Part shown: positions 36,323-45,174 of the stretch, one piece after another | Layout of the letters: the number at the start of each line of letters is the position of its first letter | Position numbering within the stretch: the first letter of the stretch is position 1 | Assembly (NCBI GenBank): GCA_965231875.1 | Contig: CBDDOM010000002.1 | Coordinates: forward strand, 3,139,942-3,203,941 | Direction: 5' to 3' | DNA: 64,000 nucleotides | Origin: Alphaproteobacteria bacterium | GTDB lineage: Bacteria > Pseudomonadota > Alphaproteobacteria > MPNO01 | Notes under the pieces: generated by a model | What the model was told of the DNA's origin: nothing | Database searches by the model: none | The model's input: the letters and a program-made list of their open reading frames with translations, nothing else | Position numbers and translations under genes: made by a program

Positions 36323-37670
36323 CCCATAAGCGCTAACTTGTTATGGGTTGAAGTGGGTGGCGCGTTGAGGTCTGCGGCGTCTGGGCGGTTCGGCGAGGGC
36401 TTTTGCGATGTCGTTCCACTCGTCGATCGTGCGGGCGAGGCCGAACTCCGGCTCGACGGCCCGGCGGATCTGGTTGAGGACGAAGCGGAACTCGCGCCAC
36501 GGGCTATGGGGTCTGCGGCGGCGCCAGGTCGTATCCCCAGGGGGAAACGGCGCGGGCGTGGTCGACCAGCTTGTCGGCGAGCAGCGCCACCAGGAGCTTT
36601 CCGTAGAGCCAGGCGCGGGCGCTGTCGTCGTCGCGCTTGGGCAGGTGGCCCAGGCGGGCCAGCGACTTGAGGCGTTTGAAGACCAGCTCGACCTGCCAGC
36701 GCAGGCGGTACCATTCGAGAACCTCGCGGGCGCTGAAGGACTCTTCGCGAAACGTGGTGAAGACGATGACATAATCGGCGAAGGCCAGCGTCGCGGGGCG
36801 GACCTTGCTGCCCTGCCGCCTCGCCTCGCGGCGCGCCCTCTTGCGCGCCCGTGCGGCGGCCTGCGTCGACTTGCGCACCGCGCAGATGCGGCCGTGCACC
36901 GCATTCTCCCCGGCGGTCGCCACCGGCCACCACCCGACAGCCCCGGCGCGGGTCAGCCCGGACACCGCCGCGAGAAGATCGAACGGCGCCCCCTCGGGGG
37001 TCCGCAGCGGCAACGCGCCGGTGTTCACCCGCACCGCGATGCGCCCGCCCGCCGCCGACGCGTGGCGGAGCCCCGCCGCCGTCGCGTAGCCCCGGTCGGC
37101 CAGGATATGGTCGCCCGCGCAGACCGGAAACCGCGCCAGAACTTCCGCGCTGCCTGCGCCGCGCGTCGGTGTCACCTCGAAGAAATCGCAGCTCAGAGAG
37201 GACAGGCACAGGCTGTAATGCACCCGCCACACCGAACCCGTCCGCCCGGGCTCGCGCACCGTGGTGGCGTCGAACGCGCGCACCCGCAAGCCCGGCGCCG
37301 CCGCCCGCGCCAGGCCGCGTTCGCGGAACAGCGCCACGCACAGACCGTGCAGCCAGCTCGAGGACTTGCGGAGCCGCTTCAGAAGCGCAACGTCCGACAA
37401 CTCCGCCAGACCCGCCTTGCGCGCCCGCAGCGCCGTCTTGCGCAGCGAGTGACCGCAGCCCAGATGCAGCAGAAGAACCCGCAGCGCCGCCTCCGCAGAC
37501 TTGTCCTTGCGCAGACCCTTCAGCGCACCGGTCGAACGCCCCAGCTCTTCCCAGCCGGCCGGCAGAAAAGACCGCAGAACCGCCCAGTCCTCGTCCATCC
37601 CACGCCTCCGAGCCCAAACACCCGGAAACCCTAGACAAAATGACCGCCACAAACAAGTTAGCGCTTATGG
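36323..37670 (-). mobile_element. IS4-family insertion sequence (about 1.35 kb) with about 20-bp terminal inverted repeats and 9-11 bp target-site duplication
   Basis: Left IR cccataagcgctaacttgtt (36323-36342) matches the reverse complement of right IR (37650-37669); ggaacaagtc(c) duplicated on both flanks. Confidence 0.8.
36504..37601 (-). CDS. IS4-family DDE transposase
   Basis: Y-x2-R-x3-E-x6-K signature in EWYRLRWQVELVFKRLK; HILADRGY DDE region; start MDEDWAVLRSF. Confidence 0.8.
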   Translation of the reverse strand, partial: GMDEDWAVLRSFLPAGWEELGRSTGALKGLRKDKSAEAALRVLLLHLGCGHSLRKTALRARKAGLAELSDVALLKRLRKSSSWLHGLCVALFRERGLARAAAPGLRVRAFDATTVREPGRTGSVWRVHYSLCLSSLSCDFFEVTPTRGAGSAEVLARFPVCAGDHILADRGYATAAGLRHASAAGGRIAVRVNTGALPLRTPEGAPFDLLAAVSGLTRAGAVGWWPVATAGENAVHGRICAVRKSTQAAARARKRARREARRQGSKVRPATLAFADYVIVFTTFREESFSAREVLEWYRLRWQVELVFKRLKSLARLGHLPKRDDDSARAWLYGKLLVALLADKLVDHARAVSPWGYDLAPPQTP

Positions 37671-37850
37671 GAACAAGTCCGGGGTGACAGCAGAGGACAC
37701 GAACGGGCGGTGCGGGCATCCCGCGATCCGAGCCGCGATGCGGACGATACGCCGATAACCCGCTCGTGCCCAAGCCTCGCGCCCCGTCCGCAAGAATTAA
37801 ACCGGACAGCGGTGGAACGTGTCCGGGCATGACGGAAGAAATGTAGCGGT
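37671..37850. repeat. REP-B family repeat, right part of the element split by the IS4 insertion
   Basis: gaacaagtccggggtgacagcagagg and ccggacagcggtggaacgtgtccgggcatgacgg, reverse complement of the REP-B core. Confidence 0.45.
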
Positions 37851-38162
37851 CCTCTCGCCCATCAAGTAGTCGGGATAATCGCCAATTCAGGGACGACCCG
37901 CGTCCGGCGAATCGGTTGCAGCCGACCGGCGACGCCCACCATGCTCAACCGGTCAAGAACTGCGGCGAGCCGAAGGACGCAGAGAAGCGGTACAGCCCGC
38001 CGGTCCGTATCTGGGTCCGCAAGCGCCGTGCCGAAGCCCGCCCCGCGCGGCCCCTGCGGGAACGGAATTTCAAGGAGATGCACCGCTCACGCCGGGGTTC
38101 GGTTGACTTGCCCGCGGGCGCGCAGGAAGATCGGTCCGGTACAAGAAGAATTGTTGTTGGAA

Positions 38163-38197
38163 TCCTGCAACCCGCAAGGCCCGCAACCCGCAAGGGA
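38163..38197 (+). promoter_or_regulatory. Tandem heptamer/13-mer direct repeats (cccgcaa / gcaacccgcaagg) upstream of the dctP of TRAP system 2; candidate operator
   Basis: tgcaacccgcaaggcccgcaacccgcaagggatgcggcaacc, 30-65 nt upstream of ATG 38229. Confidence 0.25.
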
Positions 38198-38228
38198 TGC
38201 GGCAACCGGTCCGACCAAGGAGGCGAGC

Positions 38229-39227
38229 ATGAAGCTGGCGAGACTCGTATTCGGGAGCGTAATCCTTTCCTTCGCGCTTACCGCCCTGCCGGCGGCGGCG
38301 GAGAGCGTGTCGTGGAAATCGGTCACCGCGTTTCCGCGCAAGCATCCGTTCAACCCGCCGCTTGACGACTTCGCCAAGCGGGCGGCGCAGTACTCGAACA
38401 ACGAAATCAAGATCCGCTATATCGGCGGACCGGACGTGACGCCGGTCGACCAGCAGATGAAGGCCGTGGCCCGCGGCGTGATCGACGTCTATTACGGGCC
38501 GATGTCCTATTTCCTCGGCGAGATCCCCGAGATCCAGGCCTTCAACGGCTCCAACCTGCACGCGATGGAAGTCCGCTCGACCGGCGGGCTGGCGCTGATG
38601 AACGAGCAGGTGCGCCGGCGCCTCAAGGCGGAGCTGCTGGGCTATTACGGCTCCGGCTACACGTTCTACGTCTATCTCACCGAGAAGCCCAAATTCGCCG
38701 CCGACGGCGTGCCCGACTTCAACGGAATGAAGATCCGCGGCGTGGCGATCTACCGCGAGTTCCTCAAGCGGTTCGGGGGCAGCGCGGTGCCGATGCACGT
38801 GGCCGAAATGTATTCCGGCCTGGAGCGCGGCCTGGTCAAGGGCGCGGCGTGGATCGGTCCCGGCGTGACCAATTTCGGCTGGGACAAGTTCCTCAAATAC
38901 CGGCTCACCCCCGCCTACTGGCAGGGCGACATCATCATCGCCGCAAACAAGGCCAAGTGGGACAAGCTGTCGACAGCGCACAAGCGGGCGATGACCCGGG
39001 CGGCGATCGAGTCCGAGATCTGGGCGCACAATCTGTTCGCGAAGATGAGCGCCGACGAAAAGGTCAAGCTCAAGAAGCGCGGCATGGTCGATATCGACCT
39101 CAAGGGCAAGGCGGCGGAGATCTATCTCGACGCGGCCTACGATATCGGCGTGTGGCAGGCGCTCGCCAAGAACAAGATCCCGGCGGCGACGATCGAGGAC
39201 TTCAAGTCCAAGCTGTTCCGCAAGTAG
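38229..39227 (+). CDS. dctP: TRAP transporter substrate-binding protein
   Basis: Signal peptide MKLARLVFGSVILSFALTALPAAA; 332 aa; followed by dctQ and dctM. Confidence 0.85.
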   Translation: MKLARLVFGSVILSFALTALPAAAESVSWKSVTAFPRKHPFNPPLDDFAKRAAQYSNNEIKIRYIGGPDVTPVDQQMKAVARGVIDVYYGPMSYFLGEIPEIQAFNGSNLHAMEVRSTGGLALMNEQVRRRLKAELLGYYGSGYTFYVYLTEKPKFAADGVPDFNGMKIRGVAIYREFLKRFGGSAVPMHVAEMYSGLERGLVKGAAWIGPGVTNFGWDKFLKYRLTPAYWQGDIIIAANKAKWDKLSTAHKRAMTRAAIESEIWAHNLFAKMSADEKVKLKKRGMVDIDLKGKAAEIYLDAAYDIGVWQALAKNKIPAATIEDFKSKLFRK

Positions 39228-39261
39228 CAGTGCCGGATGCCGGCACCCGCCATGCCGCGCG

Positions 39262-39774
39262 ATGCGTAACCTTGGACGGGCTTACGACGCGGTGATCACG
39301 GGGCTGGCCGTCCTCGGCGGCTTCGTGCTCTCCGCGATCTTTCTCGCCATCGTCTACGACGTGACGGTGCGCACGGCCGGCATCCCGTCGCCGCTGTGGA
39401 CCGTCACGCTCGCGGAATACGGGCTCCTGCACTCGACGCTCTACGCCACGCCCTGGGTGCTCAGGCGCAAGAGCCACGTCTTCATCACCATTTTCATCGG
39501 CCGCCTCAAGGGCGCGCCCCGCCTCTGGGTCGAACGCCTGGTCTATGTCGCGGGAATTTCGATCTGCCTGCTGCTCGCCTGGTACTCGCTCACCGTGGTG
39601 ATCGCCGAATATATCCGCGGCTTCGAGGACATCCGCTCCTTCGCGATGCCCGGCTGGATCGTCACCGCGCCGGTGCCGATCGCCTTCTTCCTGCTGGCGA
39701 CCGAGTTCGCCCGTTTCCTGTTCGGACCGGACTCGATGTGGGCCGGCGACAAGGCCGCCGCCGAAGGCTTCTGA
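39262..39774 (+). CDS. dctQ: TRAP transporter small permease
   Basis: 170 aa, four TM segments. Confidence 0.8.
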   Translation: MRNLGRAYDAVITGLAVLGGFVLSAIFLAIVYDVTVRTAGIPSPLWTVTLAEYGLLHSTLYATPWVLRRKSHVFITIFIGRLKGAPRLWVERLVYVAGISICLLLAWYSLTVVIAEYIRGFEDIRSFAMPGWIVTAPVPIAFFLLATEFARFLFGPDSMWAGDKAAAEGF

Positions 39775-39775
39775 G

Positions 39776-41101
39776 ATGGAGTGGTACACCGCCGGTATCC
39801 TGATGCTCGGCCTGGTGGTCGGGCTGATGGCGCTCTCGATTCCCGTCGCCTTCGCCTTCCTGATCGCCAACGTGGTCGGCGCGGTCGTCTTCATGGGCGG
39901 GGTCGCCGGCATCGAGCAGCTGATCAACAACGGTACGCGGTCGATCTCCAACTTCCTGCTGATCCCGGTGCCGCTGTTCATCCTGATGGGCGAGCTGTTC
40001 TTCCACTGCGGCATCGCCGAGCGCATCTTTTCCACCCTCGACCGGGTGTTCGGACGGGTGCCGGGGCGGCTGTCCTACATGGCGGTCGCCGGCGGGACGA
40101 TATTCGCCGCGCTGTCGGGCTCGAGCATCTCGACGACCGCGATGATGGGCTCCTCGATGGTGCCCGAGATGACCCGGCGGGGTTACAAGAAGCACATGTC
40201 GATGGGGCCGATCCTGGGCTCCGGCAGCCTCGCCATCCTGATCCCGCCATCCGCGCTGGTCGTGCTGCTCGGCAGCCTGATGGGGGCGCTGACGACGATC
40301 GATATCGGACGGCTGCTGATCGGCGGCGTCGTGCCGGGGCTGATCCTGGCGACGTTCTACGCCATCCTGATCTTCGTCCAGGTCAAGTTCGATCCCGACG
40401 CGGCGCCCCTCTACGACGTGGAGGCCGCGAGTTTCGGCACCAAGATCCTGCTCACCGCGGTCAACATCCTGCCGCTCGGCTTCGTCTTCTTCTGCGTCGT
40501 CGGGCTGATCCTGATCGGCATCGCCACCCCCTCGGAGGCGGCCGCCTTCGGCGTCGTCGGGGTGCTGGTGCTGGCCGCCGCGTTCCGCGTCCTCAACTGG
40601 CGGGTGGTCCGCAAGTCGATCGAGGGCACGCTGGTGGTGACCACCATGGTGTTCATGATCCTGATGGCGTCGTCCACCTTCAGCCAGATCATGGCCTTCT
40701 CCGGCGCGAGCGCCGGGATCGTCGACTGGGTGACCGGGTTCGAGATGCCGCGGCTGGTCATGCTGCTGTTCATGTTCGCGGTGCTGCTCTTCCTCGGCAT
40801 GTTCGTCGACCAGATCTCCCAGATGATGTTGACCATCCCGATATTCGTGCCTCTAGCCATCTCTCTCGAGTTCGACCCGGTTTGGTTCGGGATTATCGTC
40901 GTGCTGGCGCTGGAGATTTCGACCACCACGCCGCCCTTCGGGCTGCTGCTGTTCGTGATGATGGGGGTCGCGCCGCCGGGGACGACGTTCTCGCAGGTCG
41001 TCTATGCGGGGCTCCCCTATATCGGCTGCGCCTTCGTCCTGCTGGCATTGCTGATCGCGGTGCCGGACGTGGTGCTGTTCCTGCCCGGGCTGATGGGCTG
41101 A
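39776..41101 (+). CDS. dctM: TRAP transporter large permease
   Basis: 441-aa polytopic membrane protein; stop of dctQ abuts its start. Confidence 0.85.
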   Translation: MEWYTAGILMLGLVVGLMALSIPVAFAFLIANVVGAVVFMGGVAGIEQLINNGTRSISNFLLIPVPLFILMGELFFHCGIAERIFSTLDRVFGRVPGRLSYMAVAGGTIFAALSGSSISTTAMMGSSMVPEMTRRGYKKHMSMGPILGSGSLAILIPPSALVVLLGSLMGALTTIDIGRLLIGGVVPGLILATFYAILIFVQVKFDPDAAPLYDVEAASFGTKILLTAVNILPLGFVFFCVVGLILIGIATPSEAAAFGVVGVLVLAAAFRVLNWRVVRKSIEGTLVVTTMVFMILMASSTFSQIMAFSGASAGIVDWVTGFEMPRLVMLLFMFAVLLFLGMFVDQISQMMLTIPIFVPLAISLEFDPVWFGIIVVLALEISTTTPPFGLLLFVMMGVAPPGTTFSQVVYAGLPYIGCAFVLLALLIAVPDVVLFLPGLMG

Positions 41102-41112
41102 GGAGACGGAAA

Positions 41113-41799
41113 ATGACCGGAACCTTCCGCGAGGAGCTGCAGGGCGTCGTGGATGCGCGCCACCAGGCGGATCACCCGCTGATCGACAAATGGGCGGCGG
41201 GCGAGGCCAGGCGCGAGACCGTCGCCGGCGCAATCCGCGAGCACTGGTACTGGATCGGCAATCTGATCCCGACGGCGCTGTTCAACATATGCGCCAACGC
41301 GCCCGAAGACGTCGTCGAGATGGAGATGGAGAACTACCGCGAGGAGACCGATCCCGCCAACCCGCATGTCGAGCTGCTGCTCCGGTTCTGCGAGGCCTGC
41401 GGGATGACCCGCGAGCAGCTTGCCACCGAGCGCGGCCTGCCGACGACCGAGTGCTGGCTCGACTGGGAGCTCAACACCTCCGCGACCCGGCACTGGATCG
41501 CCGGCGTCGCCGGTGTCCATATCGCGAGCGAGGCGCAGGAGCCCAGGCTGTTCTCCAAGGTGCTGCCGGCGCTGCGCGAGACCTACGGGTTCACGGAGCA
41601 CGAGCTCGAATACTGGTGGGTCCACGCCGAGGCCGATATCGAGCATGGCGGGCGCGCCTTCGAGATCCTGGTCAAGCACTGCGACACCCGCGAGAAGCAG
41701 GACATGGCGCTGCACTACGCGAGCGAGGGGGCGCGGCTCAAATACATGTTCTGGGACGGCATCAACCTCCACTACGAGGTCGGCTACCGCCTGCAATAG
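41113..41799 (+). CDS. Heme-oxygenase-like fold protein (TenA/PqqC/CADD-type iron-containing redox enzyme family)
   Basis: 228 aa; YWWVHAEADIEHG and HWYWIGN motifs; 11 nt after dctM stop, same strand. Confidence 0.5.
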   Translation: MTGTFREELQGVVDARHQADHPLIDKWAAGEARRETVAGAIREHWYWIGNLIPTALFNICANAPEDVVEMEMENYREETDPANPHVELLLRFCEACGMTREQLATERGLPTTECWLDWELNTSATRHWIAGVAGVHIASEAQEPRLFSKVLPALRETYGFTEHELEYWWVHAEADIEHGGRAFEILVKHCDTREKQDMALHYASEGARLKYMFWDGINLHYEVGYRLQ

Positions 41800-41805
41800 C
41801 CCGGG

Positions 41806-43146
41806 TCAGAGCTTGATCGAGACCAGCCAGGTCGCGATCGGCGGGAACGCGATGACCAGGATCAGGACGACCAGCATCGCCAGCGCGAACGGCGCCGAGC
41901 CGATGAAGATGTCCTTGAGCGTGATGTCGGGGCGCGCGAGCGTCGAGTGCACCACGTAGACCGCGATCCCGAGCGGCGGGGTCAACAATCCGATCTCGGT
42001 CGCGATCACGGTCACGATCCCGAACCACACCAGGTCGATCTGGAAGAACTGCAGCGCCGCGAGGAACAGCGGGACCATGATCAGCATGATCGAGACCGAA
42101 TCGATGATGGTGCCCAGGACAATCACCACCAGGACATAGAAGGCGAGCATGCCGTAGAAGCCCGCGCCCAGATTGTCGAAGATCGCCGCCATCTCCGACG
42201 GCAGCCCCGACATCCCGAGCATCCGGCTGTACATGCTGGCCGAGCAGATCAGGAACAGCAGCGTCGCGGTGATGTTCCCGGAGTCCAGCAGCACGTTCCA
42301 GAAGCTGCGCCAGGTAAGCGCGCGCCGGGCGAGCGCGAATATCAGCGCCAGAAGCGCGCCGGCCGCGCCCGCCTCGACCGGGGTGAAGACGCCGCCATAG
42401 AGCCCGCCCAGCACCAGGAGGACCAGCGACGTGATCGGCAGCGCCTTGCGCCACAGGTCGGCGGCGCTGAGCGTTTCCTCTTCCTCGGCCCCGTCCTCGG
42501 CCACGGCGGTGTCCCGGACCGCCTGCACGGTGCGCGGGAACAGCGTCGCCATGATGTAGATCAGGCCGCAGAACGCGATCGTCAGCAGGATGCCTGGGCC
42601 GATGCCGGCGATGAACAGATCGCCCACCGACTCTTCGGCGATCAGCGCGTAGATGATCAGCAGCACGCTCGGCGGGATCAGCATGCCGAGCACCGACGAC
42701 CCGGCGACGGTGCCGACGGCGAAGCGGCCGTAATAGCCGTGCCGCATCATCTCCGGGACGGCGACCTTGGAGAACACCGAGGCGGACGCGACCGAGGCGC
42801 CGGTGATCGAGGCGAAGATCGCGTTGGCGACCACGGTCGCCATGCCGAGCCCGCCGCGCACCCGGCGCAGCATGATCTGGCCGATGTCGTAGGCGTCCCG
42901 CCCCATCCCGGCGGCGGCGACCAGGAATCCCATCAGGACGAAGAGCGGGATGACCGCGAAGACGAAGTTGTTCACCGTCTTCTCGGCCGCGATCAGCAGC
43001 AGGTTGAAGGCGATCGCCGCGTTGCCGGTGATCACCCAGGCGCCGACGAAGGAGATCGACGCCAGCGTCACCGAGATGTGCATGCCGAAATAGATCAGCA
43101 GCAGCATCGCGAACACCGACACCAGGGCGATTTCGAAGGCTTCCAT
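41806..43146 (-). CDS. dctM: TRAP transporter large permease
   Basis: 446 aa; paralog of the other DctM proteins. Confidence 0.85.
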   Translation of the reverse strand: MEAFEIALVSVFAMLLLIYFGMHISVTLASISFVGAWVITGNAAIAFNLLLIAAEKTVNNFVFAVIPLFVLMGFLVAAAGMGRDAYDIGQIMLRRVRGGLGMATVVANAIFASITGASVASASVFSKVAVPEMMRHGYYGRFAVGTVAGSSVLGMLIPPSVLLIIYALIAEESVGDLFIAGIGPGILLTIAFCGLIYIMATLFPRTVQAVRDTAVAEDGAEEEETLSAADLWRKALPITSLVLLVLGGLYGGVFTPVEAGAAGALLALIFALARRALTWRSFWNVLLDSGNITATLLFLICSASMYSRMLGMSGLPSEMAAIFDNLGAGFYGMLAFYVLVVIVLGTIIDSVSIMLIMVPLFLAALQFFQIDLVWFGIVTVIATEIGLLTPPLGIAVYVVHSTLARPDITLKDIFIGSAPFALAMLVVLILVIAFPPIATWLVSIKL

Positions 43147-43668
43147 CTAGGGGGTTTCCGCCGGGTGGACCAGCGCCCGCGCGCTCCTCGCGGCGAGGAT
43201 CAGGAACTGGAGCCCGGTGAGCGTGCAGCCGATGAAGACGACCAGCAGCCGCGGCCAGTCGGGGAAGGTGAACACGCCGACCACCCCGACATAGAAGTCG
43301 AGCTCGTAGGACCTGATCCATTTCGGCCAGGCGCCCCGCACGATCGCCCCCATCAGGGCGGCGCCCGCGAGGTAGAAGACGACCGACATGAAGTGGCCGA
43401 CGCGCGGGTAGCTGGCGATCGTCCGGTTCAGCACCGTGTCCGACCGCGTCATGCTGCCCGAGCGCAGGGTGTAGGCGAGCTGCAGATAGAGGACGGCGAC
43501 CACCGACATGGTGACCAGCTCGGTGGTGCCGTTGATCGGCGCGTTGAACAGGAACCGCATCGCGATGTCGGCCGCGATCGCCAGCATCATCACGAAGATC
43601 CAGGCCGAGCCGAGGCTGTTGCCCGAGATGACGAGCACCCCGAGCACACGGTCGAGGGTCTTCAGCAT
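43147..43668 (-). CDS. dctQ: TRAP transporter small permease
   Basis: 173 aa; stop adjacent to dctM start. Confidence 0.8.
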   Translation of the reverse strand: MLKTLDRVLGVLVISGNSLGSAWIFVMMLAIAADIAMRFLFNAPINGTTELVTMSVVAVLYLQLAYTLRSGSMTRSDTVLNRTIASYPRVGHFMSVVFYLAGAALMGAIVRGAWPKWIRSYELDFYVGVVGVFTFPDWPRLLVVFIGCTLTGLQFLILAARSARALVHPAETP

Positions 43669-43682
43669 CGTCCCGGGCGGTT

Positions 43683-43765
43683 CACGCCGGCGTCCAACCC
43701 AAAGCCGTCACCCCGGACTTGTTCCGGGGTCCAGGCCTGCCCCGGACGCCGATCCGGGGGAAGCC
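43683..43765. repeat. REP-B family repeat copy
   Basis: gtcaccccggacttgttccggggtccaggcctgccccggacgccgatccggggg. Confidence 0.5.
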
Positions 43766-43794
43766 GGGCTACAGCATTTTCCGACCTGACCGGG

Positions 43795-43910
43795 TCGCCG
43801 CCCTCCCCCGGCCCCTCCCGCGAGCGGGAGGGGGGAAGGTAAGGAGGAGGCGGCGAGCGAGTCCCCCCTCTCCCCCGCGGGGGAGAGGGCCGGGGTGAGG
43901 GGGACCGCTT
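43795..43910. repeat. REP-A family repeat copy
   Basis: ccctcccccggcccctcccgcgagcgggaggggggaagg ... ctctcccccgcgggggagagggccggggtgagggg. Confidence 0.6.
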
Positions 43911-43960
43911 GAGAGCGGCCCCGGTCCGGGTTCCCTGTCGGACGCGCGAGGGGATCGCGG

Positions 43961-45034
43961 CTACTCTTTGTCCCAGTTGCGGGTCACGAGCTGCTTCTTG
44001 TCCCGCATGTAGTCCATGTAGCTCGCCAGCATCTTGGTGCCGGGGAGCCCCGCCTTGTCCTGACGCTTGGCCCATGCCTGCGCGATATTGGGGATCGCGA
44101 AGGCCCAGGTCTTCTTCTCCGCGGCCGACAGGGCGTGGGTCTCCTGACCGTATTTCTTCTCGCAGACGCCGAGGCCCCACTTGCCGCCGCCGATGATCTT
44201 CTGGTTGGCGCCGGCCGACCACGTGGCGGAGGCCTCCTTGATCGCCGCCTGCACCTCGCGCGGGATCTTGGGCCAGGAATCCGTGTTGGCGGTGAGCAGC
44301 GCGTTGGCGACCGCCCCGAACCCGGCTTCCAGCTTGTACTTGGTGATCTCGCAGAACTTGAACCCGGCCATCGCCTGCTGCCAGAGCACGCCACCCTCGT
44401 AGATGCCGGTCTTGAGCGCGTTGTACATCGTGGCCAGGCCCTTGATCGTCACCGGCGTCGCGCCGGCCGCCGTCACCCAGGGGATGTTCGCGCCCACCGC
44501 GCCGATCTTCATGCCCTTGAGGTCGGCGAACTTGGTGATCTTCTTCCTGGTCCACAGTTCGTAGAAATCCGCCGTCCCTGTGATGCCCAGCAGCGACTGG
44601 TTGAAACGCTCCACCTGTTTCGCCATCGCCGGGTATTTCGCGTACAGATCGTTCAGCGCGTCGGTCGCGACCTGCACGTCGAGCGTGGTGAACGGGGTGA
44701 CGTAGGCGATCTGGTAGAGCGACAGCTCCGACTGGTGGAACGGACCGGGCACCACGCCCAGGTCGCCGAGCCCGGACTGCACGCCGTCGAGTTCGCCGCG
44801 CACCTTGACGATCTGCCCGCCGAAGCCCTGCACCCAGGACACCTTGTATTTGCCGGTCCTGGCGAGGATCTCGTCGACCTTCGGGACGAAGTCCTTGATC
44901 GCCGCGCCGACCGGCGCGTAGTTGTGATTGTTCCCCGAGATGATGGTCAGGCGCACCTTCTCGGCGGCCTGTGCCGTCCCCAGGGCGAGCGCCGCGCCCG
45001 ACAGGGCGGCGGCGATGAATCCGATCCTGCGCAT
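43961..45034 (-). CDS. dctP: TRAP transporter substrate-binding protein
   Basis: Signal peptide MRRIGFIAAALSGAALALGTAQA; paralog of 58390..59454 (both end ...WDKE). Confidence 0.8.
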   Translation of the reverse strand: MRRIGFIAAALSGAALALGTAQAAEKVRLTIISGNNHNYAPVGAAIKDFVPKVDEILARTGKYKVSWVQGFGGQIVKVRGELDGVQSGLGDLGVVPGPFHQSELSLYQIAYVTPFTTLDVQVATDALNDLYAKYPAMAKQVERFNQSLLGITGTADFYELWTRKKITKFADLKGMKIGAVGANIPWVTAAGATPVTIKGLATMYNALKTGIYEGGVLWQQAMAGFKFCEITKYKLEAGFGAVANALLTANTDSWPKIPREVQAAIKEASATWSAGANQKIIGGGKWGLGVCEKKYGQETHALSAAEKKTWAFAIPNIAQAWAKRQDKAGLPGTKMLASYMDYMRDKKQLVTRNWDKE

Positions 45035-45174
45035 GGCTTCCCCCTTCGCATGTCCTTGACCGTAACGGATCGCTCCCGCGATCTTGGCTTCGATACCACA
45101 GCAATTGCGGAAACCGGTCAAGCGCGCCGCAGTGACAGCCCGGGGCGGCGCCCGCATAATCGGGCGGCAACGAA

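Noticed and set aside
36217-37830. Several long overlapping ORFs (537, 408, 278 aa) across the IS
   Set aside because: Only the minus-strand frame 36504..37601 shows the IS4 transposase signature. The others are high-GC shadow frames.
39781-41100. N-terminal part of the 672-aa ORF 39781..41799
   Set aside because: Out-of-frame overlap of the dctM gene. Only the C-terminal 228 aa from ATG 41113 form the TenA-like gene.
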